From assembly GCA_001643675.2 (NCBI GenBank), contig LSRY02000052.1, positions 372,001 through 436,000 on the forward strand: 64,000 nt of DNA, written 5' to 3'. Under the pieces are notes generated by a model, which was not told the DNA's origin, ran no database searches, and saw only the letters and a program-made list of their open reading frames with translations. Shown here piece after piece: positions 62,701 to 64,000 of this stretch. Position 1 is the first letter of the stretch, and each line of letters starts with the position of its first letter. Both the position numbers and the translations under genes were made by a program. This DNA comes from Monocercomonoides exilis PA203. Lineage: Eukaryota; Protista; Preaxostyla.

Positions 62701-64000
62701 GGAAAGACAACGCCAAGTACAATGAAGAAATGTCGCTTGCGAAGCCTTACACAACCGAATACGAAAAGCAAAAGGAAAGGGCCGATTCAATTTTTCAACT
62801 TATGAACACAAGGATTAGCGACATTGGAAAAGTTAGAAATGAACTCATGCATAGCAAAACTATTCATTCCAAAAATATAAAGGATTCTGATACCATGATA
62901 AGATGTCTTGTTTGGCTCATTAAAAGTAAATTAAAGGAGAAATACATTGGAGATATCGGAAAAGTGTTGATGAGACTATTTTCCATTTTTACAAGTGTGC
63001 CAGAAATCACTCGCTATATTGTGGACAAAGGTTATCTCCAACAAGAAAACTTTGGATTCAGGTTCGACCAAGGAAAATGCTTCACGACTCTTTTCGCATC
63101 GATTGAAAACATTGTCGTTTCCAATCCGAACGAATTTGTGGATAGCCGCGAGCATATTTTGGAAGTGCTGAACCAATCGTACCACTCTGGGCTGAAGTAC
63201 AGCTATCTTGGGCGATGTTTGGAGTCATGTGCCTGTGCCTGCATCAAGACCCGCACCCACGCATTCACCGTAGCGTGTATGATGGGGCCTCAAGTCCTCG
63301 GTGCCTCGAGACATTTTCAGAAGAGTCTTATTGTCGGAGTACCAAAAGATCATCATGCTGCTGATTCTCAGAAATCTTCTAGTTCTCAGAATCATGATGA
63401 GTCCAAAGTTTCTGACAGAAAGCACCTCACTGAATCTCAAAAGCAAATATTCATGCTTTCATATTGCCTTGACCGCATTGAAGTGATCATTCCGAGTATT
63501 TTCGCATCGCTCCTCATGCTGAACCCGCTCTTTGTGGAGAAGAGAGGCAACGATAAAGAGTGCTATTTTGCAGCACATGATGAGGACTCTGCAGAGGAGT
63601 TGTATGGAATGCGCTGCAAAAAAGACGAGGCTGTTCCGCTGTGTACCAAATGGCTTTGGTGCATTCGAGTGATCAAAAACATACTCAGCCTGCTAACACA
63701 TCTCTGCTACGATTCCTGGGATGCGACACTTTTGTGCTGCACTTACAAGAGATTTCCGAATTTTCTGACTGTGGATGATCTCAAGTCGAAAAAGAAAGAA
63801 GGTCTCATCATAAAAGAGCAGAAAAAGAAATCCAGACATTCAAAAGGCAAATCACGTTCTAGAAAAGCACGGAAGCGCCGTGTAAAAGCCTCGCGATCAG
63901 GATCTGATTTAAGCGATGAAGAATATTTTCAGTCAGAGTCAGATGAAGGCTTTTCTGGTTCTGATTCCGAAGACGATGAAAGCAGTGATGACTCTGCTTC
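56706..64000 (+). CDS. Large multi-pass membrane protein (N-terminal ~6-7 TM region) with a long cytoplasmic helical/acidic domain; truncated at the window edge
   Basis: Exons 56706-56726, 56858-56879, 56911-56950 and 57007-57601 join in frame to an exon starting at 57738 (LGMVVTSTISP...). The same frame reads sensibly at spot checks (58983, 63903), and the ORF track lists no closed ORF in it, which implies it is open to the window end. Confidence 0.75.

Overview
Eukaryotic genomic DNA: AT-rich intergenic spacers, short GT-AG introns, standard genetic code and extreme Ser/Gln/Asn low-complexity insertions. The gene families and style strongly suggest the amitochondriate oxymonad Monocercomonoides (inference). 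Left to right: a giant single-pass surface protein with a TKL-like pseudokinase tail; spliceosomal SMU1; a five-exon eukaryotic homologue of the prokaryotic selenium-cofactor protein YqeC; a STE20/MST-like pseudokinase ending in three CCHC zinc knuckles, head-to-head with a ~3,700-aa Pho80/Pcl-type cyclin; a SPRY-like protein; BBOF1/CCDC176; a hypothetical helical protein; a pseudogene of a lineage-expanded family; a 2.5-kb pogo-type (DD35D) DNA transposon with 39-bp TIRs and TA TSD; a UVRAG/Atg14-domain protein; and a large multi-pass membrane protein running off the right edge. A ~180-190-bp intergenic repeat with its own terminal and internal inverted repeats occurs 5-6 times. Two copies flank the pseudogene in inverted orientation, like a composite element. 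The most notable items are the intron-containing yqeC and this repeat/cargo-gene arrangement. All family assignments come from motif recognition by eye, not database searches.
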